A stretch of 64,000 nucleotides of DNA from assembly GCA_018714805.1 (NCBI GenBank), contig DVMW01000030.1:1590-65589 (forward strand), written 5' to 3'. This document shows positions 9,383-18,516 of the stretch, in pieces. Origin of the DNA: Candidatus Fimenecus excrementigallinarum. GTDB taxonomy: Bacteria; Bacillota; Clostridia; Oscillospirales; Acutalibacteraceae. Under the pieces are notes generated by a model. It did no database searches, was not told the DNA's origin, and was given only the letters and a program-made list of their open reading frames with translations. The position numbers and the translations under genes are program-made. Numbering within the stretch: the stretch's first letter is position 1; every line of letters starts with the position of its first letter.

Positions 9383-10420
9383 TTGCCGAAGTTTAGTGTA
9401 ATCATCCCCGTGTACGGTGCGGAAGCGTACCTCGCCAAATGCGTGGACAGCATCTTGACGCAGCCGTGCCGGGATTTGGAGGTTATCCTGGTCGACGACT
9501 GCTCCAAAGACGGCAGCGGCAAAATCTGCGACGACTTTGCGGCGCGCGACGCGCGCGTTCGGGTTTTGCACAAGCCGCAGAACGAAGGCCTCGGCTATGC
9601 GCGCCGCGACGGGCTGGCCGCGGCGGCGGGGGAGTGGATTCTGTTTGTGGATTCCGACGATTGGATTGAAGCGAACACCCTGCAGACCCTGTCCGACAGC
9701 ATCGAGCCGGATGTGGACATCCTGGTGTTCGGCATGACGCTCTGCTTTGAAAACGCGGCCGGCGAGACGGTCCGCACGGAGGTCATTTCGCCCGAGCGAG
9801 CCAAAGCGCACGGGGCGCGGGAGCTGGGGGATTTGCTGATGCGCCTGGACTCGCAGCGCAGCTTCCCGTATATGTGCAACAAGCTCTACCGCGCGCAGTT
9901 CCTGGCGGACGCGGCGGTCCCGTTCAATACGATTCAGAGTATGGAGGACTTCTTTTACAACATAGAGGTCTTTGAAAAGGCAGGCGGCGTGCGCGTTTTG
10001 TCCGAGCCGTTTTACTGTTACCGCAAGCCGGCGCGCGAAACGCTGGTGTCCGCCTACAACCCCGATTTCTTTGCACTGAGCAAAAGGCGCACGGCGGCGG
10101 AGCGGGCGTTTTTGCAGCGCAGCGGCGCGGACACCGAGGAAAACCTGCAAAAGCTCGACAAAATCTTTCTCAACCACCTAATCTCCTGCCTGATTAAAAA
10201 CGCGGCGTCCAACAGCCCGCTGTCGGGCAGGGAGCAGCGGCAAAGGGCGGCGGAGATGCTGCGCGACCGCGACACGCGGGCCATGCTGCGGCACATTCGC
10301 TGCGGGGGGCTTCGCTACCGGGTAATCCTGCTGATTTTCCGCCTGCGGCTGGCGTTTGCCGCCGTGTGGGTGGGGCAGCTTGCGTGCCGGCTCGGCGCGC
10401 GTTCGCTGCAGCACGGGTAA
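9383..10420 (+). CDS. family 2 glycosyltransferase
   Basis: ORF track, 345 aa. TTG start with AAGGAG at 9368-9373. FSVIIPVYGAEAYL, ILVDDCSKDGS and VDSDD motifs. Hydrophobic C-terminal tail. Confidence 0.8.
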   Translation: MPKFSVIIPVYGAEAYLAKCVDSILTQPCRDLEVILVDDCSKDGSGKICDDFAARDARVRVLHKPQNEGLGYARRDGLAAAAGEWILFVDSDDWIEANTLQTLSDSIEPDVDILVFGMTLCFENAAGETVRTEVISPERAKAHGARELGDLLMRLDSQRSFPYMCNKLYRAQFLADAAVPFNTIQSMEDFFYNIEVFEKAGGVRVLSEPFYCYRKPARETLVSAYNPDFFALSKRRTAAERAFLQRSGADTEENLQKLDKIFLNHLISCLIKNAASNSPLSGREQRQRAAEMLRDRDTRAMLRHIRCGGLRYRVILLIFRLRLAFAAVWVGQLACRLGARSLQHG

Positions 10421-10433
10421 AAGAGGGGTCAAC

Positions 10434-11450
10434 ATGACGTTTTCCGACAAGCATATTTTCATCATTGCCGAAGCGGGCGTCAACCACAACGGCAGCATGG
10501 AAACCGCGCGCCGCATGATAGACGCCGCCTGCGAAGCCGGCGTGGACGCCATCAAGTTCCAGACGTTCCGCTCGGAAAAGCTGGTTTCCCGCACGGCGCA
10601 GAAGGCGGACTACCAGAAGCGCAATACCCACAGCGACGATTCCCAGCTTTCCATGCTCAAAAAGCTGGAGCTGCGCTTCGACCAGTTTGCAGAGCTGAAG
10701 CGGTACTGCGACGAAAAGGGCGTCCTGTTTTTGTCCACGCCGTTCGATTTCGACAGCATCGCGTTTTTGGATACGCTCGCGCTGCCGGTGTTTAAGATTC
10801 CCTCCGGCGAGATTACCAACCTGCCGTATCTGCAGGCGGTCGCCGAAACGCACCGCGACGTAATCTTGTCGACCGGCATGGCGGAGCTTGCGGAGGTCGA
10901 GGCGGCGCTCTCGGCGCTGCGGCGGTACGGCGCGGGCAGCATTGCGCTGCTGCACTGCACAACGGAATATCCAACGCCGATGCGCGAGGTCAACCTGCGC
11001 GCCATGGAAACGCTGCGCAAGGCTTTCTCGCTTCCCGTCGGCTATTCCGACCACACCGCGGGCATCGAGGTCTCCGTCGCGGCGGCGGCGCTCGGCGCGT
11101 GTATTCTGGAAAAGCATTTTACGCTCGACCGCAATATGGAGGGCCCCGACCACAAGGCGAGCCTGGAGCCGGACGAGCTTGCCGCGCTGGTGCGCAGCGT
11201 CCGCAACGTGGAAGCGGCGCTCGGGGACGGCGACAAAAAACCGACGCCGTCGGAGGCGCGCAACCGGCCCGTCGCCCGCAAAAGCATTGTCGCCGCCTGC
11301 GACATCCGCGCGGGCGAGACGTTCACGACGGAAAATCTGACCGTCAAGCGTCCCGGCAGCGGCATTTCGCCCATGCGCTGGTACGAGGTGCTCGGCCAAA
11401 CGGCGCCCCGCGATTTTGCCGCGGACGAATTGATTGAACTCGGGAAGTAA
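10434..11450 (+). CDS. neuB: nonulosonic acid synthase (NeuB/LegI family)
   Basis: Internal ATG 10434 of ORF 10356-11450 (338 aa). IFIIAEAGVNHNGS N-terminus, LLHCTTEYPTP, and a C-terminal SAF-like domain (RKSIVAACDIRAGETFT). Confidence 0.9.
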   Translation: MTFSDKHIFIIAEAGVNHNGSMETARRMIDAACEAGVDAIKFQTFRSEKLVSRTAQKADYQKRNTHSDDSQLSMLKKLELRFDQFAELKRYCDEKGVLFLSTPFDFDSIAFLDTLALPVFKIPSGEITNLPYLQAVAETHRDVILSTGMAELAEVEAALSALRRYGAGSIALLHCTTEYPTPMREVNLRAMETLRKAFSLPVGYSDHTAGIEVSVAAAALGACILEKHFTLDRNMEGPDHKASLEPDELAALVRSVRNVEAALGDGDKKPTPSEARNRPVARKSIVAACDIRAGETFTTENLTVKRPGSGISPMRWYEVLGQTAPRDFAADELIELGK

Positions 11451-11463
11451 GGGGGCTTAAACG

Positions 11464-12627
11464 GTGCAGGAAATCGCAGTCGTGACCGCCACGCGGGCGG
11501 AATACGGGCTGCTGCGGCCCGTTGTGCGCGCGCTGCGGGCAAGCGGGGCGTTTCGGGTCTCGCTGCTTGTGACCGGCGCGCACCTGTCCGAAGCGTACGG
11601 CGAAACGGTTCGGGAAATTGAACGCGACGATATGCCCATTGCCGCGCGCATCCCCATTTTGTCCGGGGACGACACGCCCCGCGGCGTAAGCGGCACCATG
11701 GCGAACGCCCTAAACGGGTTTGCCGCCTATTTCGAAGCGCATCGGCCCGACGCGCTGCTGGTGCTCGGCGACCGGTATGAGATTTTGGCGGTCTGCTGCG
11801 CGGCGATGAACGCGCGCATCCCGATATTCCACCTGCACGGCGGCGAGACGACCCAGGGCGCCGTTGACGAGGCGATTCGCCATTCCATCACCAAAATGAG
11901 CCTGCTGCACTTTACCAGCAACGAGCAGCACCGCAGGCGCGTCATTCAGCTCGGCGAACAGCCCGACCGGGTGTTCAACGTCGGCGCGCCGGGTGTGGAA
12001 AACGCGCTGCACGTGCCGCTGCTGTCCAAAGAAGCGCTCGCCGAAAGCGTCGGCCTGCCGCTGCAAAAGCCCTATGCGGTCGTGACCTTCCACCCGGTTA
12101 CGCTCGAAGACGAGCCGCCCGAGCGCCAGCTTTTCGAGCTTTTCGCGGCCATGGACGCGTTTGACCTCGAATACATCATCACCAAGGCGAACGCCGACGC
12201 CGGCGGACTCGCCATCAACCGCGCCGTCGACGATTACGCCGCAAAGCGGGACAATGTCGCGGCCTTTGATTCTCTGGGCCTTGTCCGGTACTTGAGCGCC
12301 GTAAAATACTGCGCGTTCGTCGCCGGCAATTCCTCCAGCGGTATTCTGGAGGCCCCGTCCTTCGGCGTGCCGACGGTCAATATCGGCGACCGGCAAAAGG
12401 GACGTATGCAGGCCGAAAGCGTGCTGCAATGCGCGCCGGCGCGCGCGGACATTGCCCGTGCGTTTGCACAGGCGCTGACGCCGGCGTTTCAAAACAAGGC
12501 CGCGCACGCGGTTAACCCGTACGGCGACGGCGATACGAGCGGCAAGATAGTCGCCATCCTACAGCGCGTGTTTTCGGGTCCGCTGGATTTGAAAAAAACG
12601 TTTTACGACATTGATTTTACCGTTTAA
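11464..12627 (+). CDS. neuC: nucleotide-sugar 2-epimerase (hydrolysing), NeuC/LegG family
   Basis: ORF track, 387 aa, GTG start. VTATRAEYGLLRPV, GDRYEILA and HLHGGETTQGAVDE are typical of hydrolysing 2-epimerases. Confidence 0.9.
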   Translation: MQEIAVVTATRAEYGLLRPVVRALRASGAFRVSLLVTGAHLSEAYGETVREIERDDMPIAARIPILSGDDTPRGVSGTMANALNGFAAYFEAHRPDALLVLGDRYEILAVCCAAMNARIPIFHLHGGETTQGAVDEAIRHSITKMSLLHFTSNEQHRRRVIQLGEQPDRVFNVGAPGVENALHVPLLSKEALAESVGLPLQKPYAVVTFHPVTLEDEPPERQLFELFAAMDAFDLEYIITKANADAGGLAINRAVDDYAAKRDNVAAFDSLGLVRYLSAVKYCAFVAGNSSSGILEAPSFGVPTVNIGDRQKGRMQAESVLQCAPARADIARAFAQALTPAFQNKAAHAVNPYGDGDTSGKIVAILQRVFSGPLDLKKTFYDIDFTV

Positions 12628-12644
12628 AGGAAGGGAAATCCGCC

Positions 12645-13625
12645 ATGCAGATTGTGGTCGTCGGCCTTGGCTCCATGGGCAAGCGCCGTATCCGGCTTTT
12701 ACAGCAGTTTTTTCCGCAGCACACCGTCGCCGGCGTCGATGCGCAGCCGGCGCGCCGCGCGGAATGCGCCGAAGCGTTTGGCATAAAAACCTTTGCGTCG
12801 TTTGACGAGGCGGTGCAAAGCACCCGTCCGCAGGCGGCGCTGATTTGCACGTCGCCGCTGTCCCACGCTGCGCTCATTGCCGAAGCGCTGCAAAACGGGC
12901 TGCACGTGTTTACCGAAATCAACCTGGTGCCCGACCGGTACGCGGAAAACATCCGCGCCGCGCAGGAAAAGGGCCTGACGCTGTTTTTGTCCTCCACGTT
13001 TTTGTATCGGGAGGAGATTCGCCGCATCCGCGCGCTGCTGGCGGCGCAGACCCGGCCGGTCTCCTATACCTACCACGTCGGGCAGTACCTGCCGGACTGG
13101 CACCCGTGGGAAAGCTACAAGAACTTTTTCCTCGGCGACAAGCGCACCGACGGCTGCCGGGAAATTCTGACGATAGACCTGCCCTGGCTGCTCAAGACGT
13201 TCGGCCCGGTCGAAGACGTCCACGTGTTCCGTACAAAGCTCACGCAGCTGGAGATTGATTACCCCGACACGTACTGCGTCAGCCTGCGGCACCAAAACGG
13301 GTGCCTCGGCGTGTTTGTCGCGGACGTGGTGGCGCGCGCGCCGTTTCGCGAGCTGCGCGTCAGCGGGGAGGACCTGCTCATAACCTGGGACGGGACGCCG
13401 GACAGCCTGCGCCGGTTCGACATCGAAAAGAAGGCGTGGGAAACAATTCCCGTCGGCACGCGCGTGGCGCACCGCGACGGGTACGCCGCGACCATTACCG
13501 AGGACGCGTATCTTGAGGAGCTGCAGGCCTTTTTTGCGGCGGTGGAACGCGGCGAAATCCCGCCGTACACCTTTGCGGACGACTACGAAACGCTGCGGCT
13601 GATTGACAGGATTGAACAGGTATGA
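12645..13625 (+). CDS. Gfo/Idh/MocA-family oxidoreductase
   Basis: ORF track, 326 aa. N-terminal Rossmann VVVGLGSMGKRR. Shares the YLPDWHP block with the next gene. Confidence 0.7.
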   Translation: MQIVVVGLGSMGKRRIRLLQQFFPQHTVAGVDAQPARRAECAEAFGIKTFASFDEAVQSTRPQAALICTSPLSHAALIAEALQNGLHVFTEINLVPDRYAENIRAAQEKGLTLFLSSTFLYREEIRRIRALLAAQTRPVSYTYHVGQYLPDWHPWESYKNFFLGDKRTDGCREILTIDLPWLLKTFGPVEDVHVFRTKLTQLEIDYPDTYCVSLRHQNGCLGVFVADVVARAPFRELRVSGEDLLITWDGTPDSLRRFDIEKKAWETIPVGTRVAHRDGYAATITEDAYLEELQAFFAAVERGEIPPYTFADDYETLRLIDRIEQV

Positions 13626-14566
13626 AAAGATTTTGCATGGTCGGCGTCGGCTCGATTGGGACCCGGCACCTGAAAAATCTGACGGCGCTTCTGCGCGAAC
13701 GCGGCGTCGAGTTCCAAATTGATGCGCTCCGAAGCAGCGACCGTCCGCTGCCCGCCGAAACGGCGGCGCTGCTGCACCGCACCTACACGCGCGCCGAGGA
13801 CCTGCCCGGCGGCTACGACGCGGTGTTCATCACCAATCCGACGGCGCTGCATTATGCCGCCATGCAGGCCTGCATGGACAAAACGCGGCATATGTTTATC
13901 GAAAAGCCCGTGTTTGACCGGACGGACCTGGACCTTGGCGCGCTGCGCTGCAAGCCGGACGGCGTTTATTATGTCGCCTGCCCGCTGCGGTACCGCCGCG
14001 TGATTGCCTATATGAAGGAATTGACGCAGCAGCACCCCGTGTTTGCCGCCCGTGCGATTTGCTCGACCTATCTGCCCGACTGGCGGCCGGGCGTCGATTA
14101 CCGGCAGACCTACAGCGCCCGCCGCGAGCTCGGCGGCGGCGTCGGGATTGACCTTATCCACGAATGGGATTATCTGTGCTACCTGTTCGGCAGGCCGAAC
14201 CGCGTCTATGCGCTCAGCGGGACCTACTCGGACCTCGAGGTCACCAGCGACGACCTCGCGGTCTATATCGGGCAGTACGACCGGCTGCTCGTCAGCCTGC
14301 ACCTCGATTATTTCGGCCGCTTTGACCGGCGCGAGGTGGAGCTGTATCTGCCCGACGACGTGGTTGTCGGCGACCTTATCCGCAGCGAGGTCCGCTTTTT
14401 GAAAAGCGGAAAGACCGCCGCCCTGCCGGAAAGCCGGGACGACTACCAAAAGCGCGAAATCGCCTGCTTCCTCGATATGCTCGAGGGCAGGCAGGAAAAC
14501 CACAACCCGCTTGCGCTCGCCGTGGACGTGCTGAAAATCACGCGCGGCGAAACGGGTCGGGCGTAA
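13622..14566 (+). CDS. Gfo/Idh/MocA-family oxidoreductase (paralogue of the preceding gene)
   Basis: ORF track, 314 aa. ATGA overlap with the upstream stop. MVGVGSIGTRH Rossmann motif and a YLPDWRP block. Confidence 0.7.
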   Translation: MKRFCMVGVGSIGTRHLKNLTALLRERGVEFQIDALRSSDRPLPAETAALLHRTYTRAEDLPGGYDAVFITNPTALHYAAMQACMDKTRHMFIEKPVFDRTDLDLGALRCKPDGVYYVACPLRYRRVIAYMKELTQQHPVFAARAICSTYLPDWRPGVDYRQTYSARRELGGGVGIDLIHEWDYLCYLFGRPNRVYALSGTYSDLEVTSDDLAVYIGQYDRLLVSLHLDYFGRFDRREVELYLPDDVVVGDLIRSEVRFLKSGKTAALPESRDDYQKREIACFLDMLEGRQENHNPLALAVDVLKITRGETGRA

Positions 14567-14611
14567 GCCCCGCCGCGGCGCATTTTCGGCGCTTCGAAAA
14601 CCGAAAGGAGA

Positions 14612-15385
14612 ATGAACGTGCATATTTTATTTACCGTCTGCGGCCGCGCAGGCTCCAAAGGCGCAAAGGGCAAAAATGTCCGCGATTTTCTGGACTATCC
14701 GCTGGTCTACTACACCTTTTCCGTTATCGACCTCTACAAAAACCGGTATGCGTCGCCGGCCGACCGCTGCGACGTTGCCTTAAGCACCGACAGCCCGCGC
14801 TTAATCGAGCTCGCCAAAGGTGTAAAGCTCGACATCTTTACCGTGAACCGCAGCGCGGACCTCGCCGGCGATTTTGTGGCGAAGTTTGACGTGATTCGGG
14901 ACTGCACCCGGCGCGCGCAGGCGCATTACGGCGTGCAGTACGATATGGTCGTCGATTTGGACATCACCTCACCTCTGCGTAAAGTGGAGGACCTTGTCAA
15001 CGTAATCCGCAAAAAGCAGGAGCGTCCCGAGATGGATTTGGTCTTTACGGTGACGGGGGCGCGGCGCAATCCGTATTTCAACATGGTTTCCGAGCAAAAC
15101 GGCAGCTACGCGGCGGTGATTCCCAGCGCCTATGTCTCGCGCCAGCAGGCGCCGGCGGTCTATGACATGAACGCGTCCATTTACGCCTACAGCCGCGCGT
15201 ACATCGAGTCCGACAAGGACAGCAAGACCCGCACGGCGGACATTGTGATGATGCAGGATACCGCGGTGCTCGACATCGACAGCGACGGCGATTTTGAAAT
15301 GCTGCAGCTGCTTGCCGGGTATTTTTACCAAAAGGATTCCGCCTTCGCCGAGGTCCGGGACCACATCCCGCAAATCCTGCGGTAA
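14612..15385 (+). CDS. neuA: acylneuraminate cytidylyltransferase family (CMP-NulO synthetase, NeuA/LegF-like)
   Basis: ORF track, 257 aa. CGRAGSKGAKGKN P-loop-like motif of CMP-sugar synthetases. The alternative GTG 14618 is better spaced from the AAAGGAG at 14604-14610. Confidence 0.85.
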   Translation: MNVHILFTVCGRAGSKGAKGKNVRDFLDYPLVYYTFSVIDLYKNRYASPADRCDVALSTDSPRLIELAKGVKLDIFTVNRSADLAGDFVAKFDVIRDCTRRAQAHYGVQYDMVVDLDITSPLRKVEDLVNVIRKKQERPEMDLVFTVTGARRNPYFNMVSEQNGSYAAVIPSAYVSRQQAPAVYDMNASIYAYSRAYIESDKDSKTRTADIVMMQDTAVLDIDSDGDFEMLQLLAGYFYQKDSAFAEVRDHIPQILR

Positions 15386-15391
15386 CGCGTG

Positions 15392-15442
15392 CAAAAACAG
15401 AAGCGGGGCGGGCAGCTGTTTGGCTGTCCGCCCCGTTTTTTT
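15392..15442. terminator. bidirectional rho-independent terminator between the glycan locus and the sdh operon
   Basis: 13-bp stem CGGGGCGGGCAGC (15404-15416) pairs with GCTGTCCGCCCCG (15423-15435). A-run upstream and T7 run at 15436-15442. Confidence 0.8.
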
Positions 15443-15448
15443 GCCGTT

Positions 15449-16129
15449 TCACGGTTTCAACCGGTTCATCCGCGCCATGGAGGCGAGCGTGTCAATTCCC
15501 ATCGGGCAAACCTCGACGCACGACAGCGCCTTCGAGCAGCCGGCCGCAAAATGCGCGGCATAGGAATCGCGCAGCGGCCTTGCGCGGTCCGCGCTCTGCA
15601 AGGCGAGCAGCGCGGTCTCGTTGGCAAACAGCGCGCCGAAAAAGCGGTCGCCCTTTTGGTAATTCGGGCAGACCTCCAGGCAAAGCCCGCATTTCAGGCA
15701 TTTCGCCGCCGTATACATCGGCCCCGCATCCTTCGCTTTCAGCGGGCGGTAAGCGCCCAGGTACGCCTGCGCTTTTTGCAGGTTTTCCGAAATGCCGCTG
15801 CGGTCCACTATCAGGTCCGCGACGACCGGGAATTTGGACAGCGGCTCGAGCGTGACCGTCGAACCCTTTAAGTCGCGCAAAAAGGTCGCGCACGCGAGCC
15901 TCGGCACGCCGTCAATCACCATCGCGCAGGCGCCGCACATTTTTTGCGCGCAGCTGCATTCCCAGCGGATGCGGGGCGCGGGCGTCCCGTCCGCGTCAAA
16001 CAGGTCGTCGGTGTAGTTGAGCCGGTCGAGCAGCGCGCTGACCGTCATATCGGGGCCGGCCTCCACCGAAAACGTCTGCCAGTACGGCGCGCTGGTTGCA
16101 TCCGTCTGCCGTTTGATTTTTACAAGCAT
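15449..16129 (-). CDS. sdhB: succinate dehydrogenase/fumarate reductase iron-sulfur subunit
   Basis: ORF track, 226 aa. Cys clusters CSCAQKMCGACAM, CLKCGLCLEVCP and CSKALSCVEVCP. Confidence 0.8.
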   Translation of the reverse strand: MLVKIKRQTDATSAPYWQTFSVEAGPDMTVSALLDRLNYTDDLFDADGTPAPRIRWECSCAQKMCGACAMVIDGVPRLACATFLRDLKGSTVTLEPLSKFPVVADLIVDRSGISENLQKAQAYLGAYRPLKAKDAGPMYTAAKCLKCGLCLEVCPNYQKGDRFFGALFANETALLALQSADRARPLRDSYAAHFAAGCSKALSCVEVCPMGIDTLASMARMNRLKP

Positions 16130-17754
16130 AGCGCATCCTCATTTCCGTACGATACGTGCATGGCGCCGTTCGCGTAGTCAATCAGCGTGCAGGCCGCAAA
16201 CGCCTCTGCACGCTGCGGAAAATCCGTGCGGATGTGCGCCCCGCGCGTTTCCCGGCGCGCTTCGGCACAGGTGAGCACGGCGAGCCCGAGACAGAGCATC
16301 GGGCGCAGGCTGTAGGCCTGGTACGGCGAAATTTCGCTGTCGTATTTGAGCTTATCCACAATGGACAGGTAGTACTGCAAATTCCGGATTCCGTCGCGCA
16401 GCTTTTCCTCGGTGCGCACAATGCCGAGGTCGTCGTTCATGATTTTGGCAAGGTCGTTTTGTATGTATACCGCGGAAAAACGGCTTTTCGTCGCCGTGCG
16501 CGCGCAAAGCGCCTCGCGCTGTGCGCGGATATACCCGGAAAAATCCGTTTTGCACGCGGCCAGGTCCGCTTCGGCGATGTCCCTTGCCGCGGCGCGCCCG
16601 CTGTATACCGCCGCCAGCAGCGAATTGCCGCCCAGCCGGTTCGCGCCGTGGTACATCGACGCGCACTCCCCGACGGCGTACAGGTTGCGGAGGTTCGTGC
16701 GGTGCCGGGCGTCCACCGCGAGCCCGCCCATGAAGAAATGCACGGACGGCGCGACGGGAATGCTCTCCTTCGTCACATCCAGCCCGAGGTATTGCAGGCA
16801 CAGGTCATAGACCTCCCGCAGGTTCTCGAGAATTTTTTGCTTCCCCAAAAACGCAATGTCCAGATACACCTGTCCCGGCGCGTCGTAGATGTATTTTGAA
16901 ACAATATCGCGCGGCATCAGGTTGCCCTTTTCCCCGAACGCCTCCTCCATGAAATACACGCGTTTGCCGTTTTCCATGTAGTAAAGCCGCCCGCCGTCGC
17001 CGCGCGCGCCCTCGGTGATGAGCATCCGCTTCTGCGGCGTTTCAATGGTGGTGGGGTGGTATTGGATGAATTCCAGATTTTTCAGCTTCGCGCCCTGCAA
17101 AAACAGCTGCCCGGCCGCGTACCCGTCGCACAGCGCCGAGCCGGTCGTCTTCCCGAACAGGCGGTTCTGCCCGCCCGTGGCGAACACCACCGCGTCGGCG
17201 TACAGCGCTTCGAGCCGCTTTTGTGTCTCGTCGTAAAACAGCGCCCCGGCGCAAACGCCGTCGTCCAGGAGCGCCGAATGGAACTGCAGCCCGAGCCGGC
17301 GCGTCACGCGCCCGGCGCATTCCCATTTGCGCGTCTCCTGCACGAGCGCGGTCACAATCTGCTTGCCGGTGGAAGCGCCGGCATAGGCGGTGCGCTTGCG
17401 CGACTGCCCGCCGAACGCCCGCCGCGCCAGACTGCCGTCGGCTGTTCGCGTAAAGACCACGCCGAGGCTCTCGAGCCACGTAAGGATATCCGGCGCAGCC
17501 GAGCAAAGCCCCGCGACAGCCTTTTCCCCCGCAATCCGGCAGCCGCCGTCAAGGGTATCGCGGATGTGCAGCTCGACGCTGTCGTCCGTGTCCGGGCCTT
17601 GCACGACGGCGTTGATGCCGCCCGCCGCCATGACCGACTGCGCGCGCTCGGAAGGGTAGGGGGACACGAGCACCGCGTTGTTCCCGGCCTTGGCCGTCTC
17701 AATGGCGCAGGCAAGGCCCGAAATGCCGCTGCCCACAATCAGAACGCGCTTCAT
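16120..17754 (-). CDS. sdhA: succinate dehydrogenase/fumarate reductase flavoprotein subunit
   Basis: Internal ATG 17754 of ORF 16120-17919 (544 aa). VLIVGSGISGLACA FAD motif, HPTT and GGNSL blocks. The start overlaps the stop of the membrane subunit (ATGA). Confidence 0.85.
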   Translation of the reverse strand: MKRVLIVGSGISGLACAIETAKAGNNAVLVSPYPSERAQSVMAAGGINAVVQGPDTDDSVELHIRDTLDGGCRIAGEKAVAGLCSAAPDILTWLESLGVVFTRTADGSLARRAFGGQSRKRTAYAGASTGKQIVTALVQETRKWECAGRVTRRLGLQFHSALLDDGVCAGALFYDETQKRLEALYADAVVFATGGQNRLFGKTTGSALCDGYAAGQLFLQGAKLKNLEFIQYHPTTIETPQKRMLITEGARGDGGRLYYMENGKRVYFMEEAFGEKGNLMPRDIVSKYIYDAPGQVYLDIAFLGKQKILENLREVYDLCLQYLGLDVTKESIPVAPSVHFFMGGLAVDARHRTNLRNLYAVGECASMYHGANRLGGNSLLAAVYSGRAAARDIAEADLAACKTDFSGYIRAQREALCARTATKSRFSAVYIQNDLAKIMNDDLGIVRTEEKLRDGIRNLQYYLSIVDKLKYDSEISPYQAYSLRPMLCLGLAVLTCAEARRETRGAHIRTDFPQRAEAFAACTLIDYANGAMHVSYGNEDALCL

Positions 17755-18302
17755 ACGAGCCCTCCCAAGAAAAAGCGCAGCACGGCGAACAGCGCCGCCG
17801 CGGCCAGCAGCCCGAAAAGCGCGTACAGCACCGCGTCCAGCCGCTTTGCCGCCTGCATGGAGCGGACAATGCCAAGCGTGACAAACGCCTTGCCGCACGA
17901 CGCCGCCGTGTGGGCGCACACCGCAAGGATGTAGACGCTTTCCGTGATTGCCCGGAAGACCGATTCCCCGGCGGTCAGCGCTTCGCCCGTCGCCATGTGC
18001 GCGTATGCCGCCATGTGCGTGTGGAGAAGCAGGAGCATAAGCAGGGCCGTGACGCGCTGGACCCAGACGCGCGCGTTTTGCCGGGCATAGCGCGGGCTTG
18101 CGCCGTCATGCGCAAAAAAGAAAATGCAAAGGCTCGTCAGCACGTGCAGCGCCAGCAGCCCGGCCGCGGCGTGCGCAAAGCCCTTGCAAAGCGCGAGCGA
18201 GTACCAGCCCGTCAGCAGCGATACGACCATTGTCCCCGCGTGGCACAAAAGCGCGGCGATAACGCCGAGCCCCAGGACTGCGTTTCCCTTTTTCAGCTTC
18301 AT
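17751..18302 (-). CDS. putative membrane (cytochrome b-like) anchor subunit of the Sdh/Frd complex
   Basis: Internal ATG 18302 of ORF 17751-18326 (183 aa). About five hydrophobic helices with several His residues. First gene of the C-A-B order. Confidence 0.55.
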   Translation of the reverse strand: MKLKKGNAVLGLGVIAALLCHAGTMVVSLLTGWYSLALCKGFAHAAAGLLALHVLTSLCIFFFAHDGASPRYARQNARVWVQRVTALLMLLLLHTHMAAYAHMATGEALTAGESVFRAITESVYILAVCAHTAASCGKAFVTLGIVRSMQAAKRLDAVLYALFGLLAAAALFAVLRFFLGGLV

Positions 18303-18424
18303 TCTGCACCTCAACCAAGCGGCCAAAGCCCGGCCGCGTTTTTCCTTCTGCCTAAATTTTACGCGCCCGAGCGCATAAAGTCAAGCGGCGAACGACTGCA
18401 AGCGTCGCTTTGCCGCGTTCCCTA

Positions 18425-18453
18425 TTGACGCGGCCTGGGTTTTTGCGCATAAT
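18425..18453 (+). promoter_or_regulatory. candidate promoter for the PNPOx-family gene
   Basis: TTGACG 18425-18430, 17-nt spacer, CATAAT 18448-18453. Confidence 0.45.
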
Positions 18454-18516
18454 AAAAGCAGACAAGCAGCCGTGCCGCGGCAAAACAGCCGCGCAAAGCA
18501 CAGGAGGGAGCATCTT

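Noticed and set aside
301-15385. I asked whether the glycan locus is a horizontally acquired low-G+C island.
   Set aside because: By eye and by spot counts, its composition is not clearly different from the flanking housekeeping genes, and there are no flanking tRNA, integrase or repeat boundaries. I therefore make no island claim. A proper sliding-window G+C and codon-usage analysis would settle it.
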